The notes under the pieces are model-generated. The model was not told the DNA's origin and made no database searches. It worked only from the letters and a program-made list of their open reading frames with translations. Positions 63,950-64,000 of a DNA stretch of 64,000 nucleotides are shown here, piece by piece; position 1 is the stretch's first letter; each line of letters begins with the position of its first letter. A program made the translations under genes and the position numbers. Source of the stretch: Chara braunii (taxonomy: Eukaryota > Plantae > Charophyceae). The stretch covers positions 41,270 to 105,269 of the forward strand of contig BFEA01000038.1 in NCBI GenBank assembly GCA_003427395.1, written 5' to 3'.

Positions 63950-64000
63950 CAAACTGTTTCGTCGGAGTTTCACCGACTCATCAGGAGGCTGAACCCTATA
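63950..64000 (-). ncRNA. Hammerhead ribozyme motif with an intact core, cut by the window edge
   Basis: Minus strand ..GGGT TCA GCCTC-CTGATGA-GTCGG TGAAACT CCGAC-GAA-ACAGTTTG. Confidence 0.7.

Overview
Repeat-rich eukaryotic draft-assembly sequence with N gaps and many (CT/GA)n tracts. The gene and transposon style suggests a green plant or streptophyte alga such as Chara; this is inference, not a database result. There is one clearly intact host CDS, an intronless RWD-RBR (RNF14/ARA54-like) E3 ubiquitin ligase on the minus strand at 36.6-39.1 kb, plus two exons of a TTL/DnaJC7-like TPR gene near the right end. Most of the rest is retroelements: (1) a decayed L1/Tx1-type LINE at 3.3-13.7 kb carrying a poly(A)-ended insert; (2) several tRNA-Met-primed Ty3/gypsy LTR elements; (3) a three-level nest in which a ubiquitin-RPS27a processed pseudogene is split by a full-length gypsy element (TSD GGTC) whose 3' LTR holds an internally deleted chromovirus (TSD GATAC). 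Less obvious signals: type III hammerhead-ribozyme-like motifs at 40.7-40.8 kb and 63.95 kb, a frameshifted GIY-YIG endonuclease relic of Penelope-like type, five mutually similar short GT-AG introns on the minus strand at 21.4-22.2 kb, a fixed ~20-nt motif array with non-repeating spacers at 23.8-24.5 kb, a tRNA-derived SINE family, TTAA-flanked MITEs and a pre-miRNA-like hairpin. A Nextera mate-pair junction adapter at 61931-61968 marks a local misassembly.
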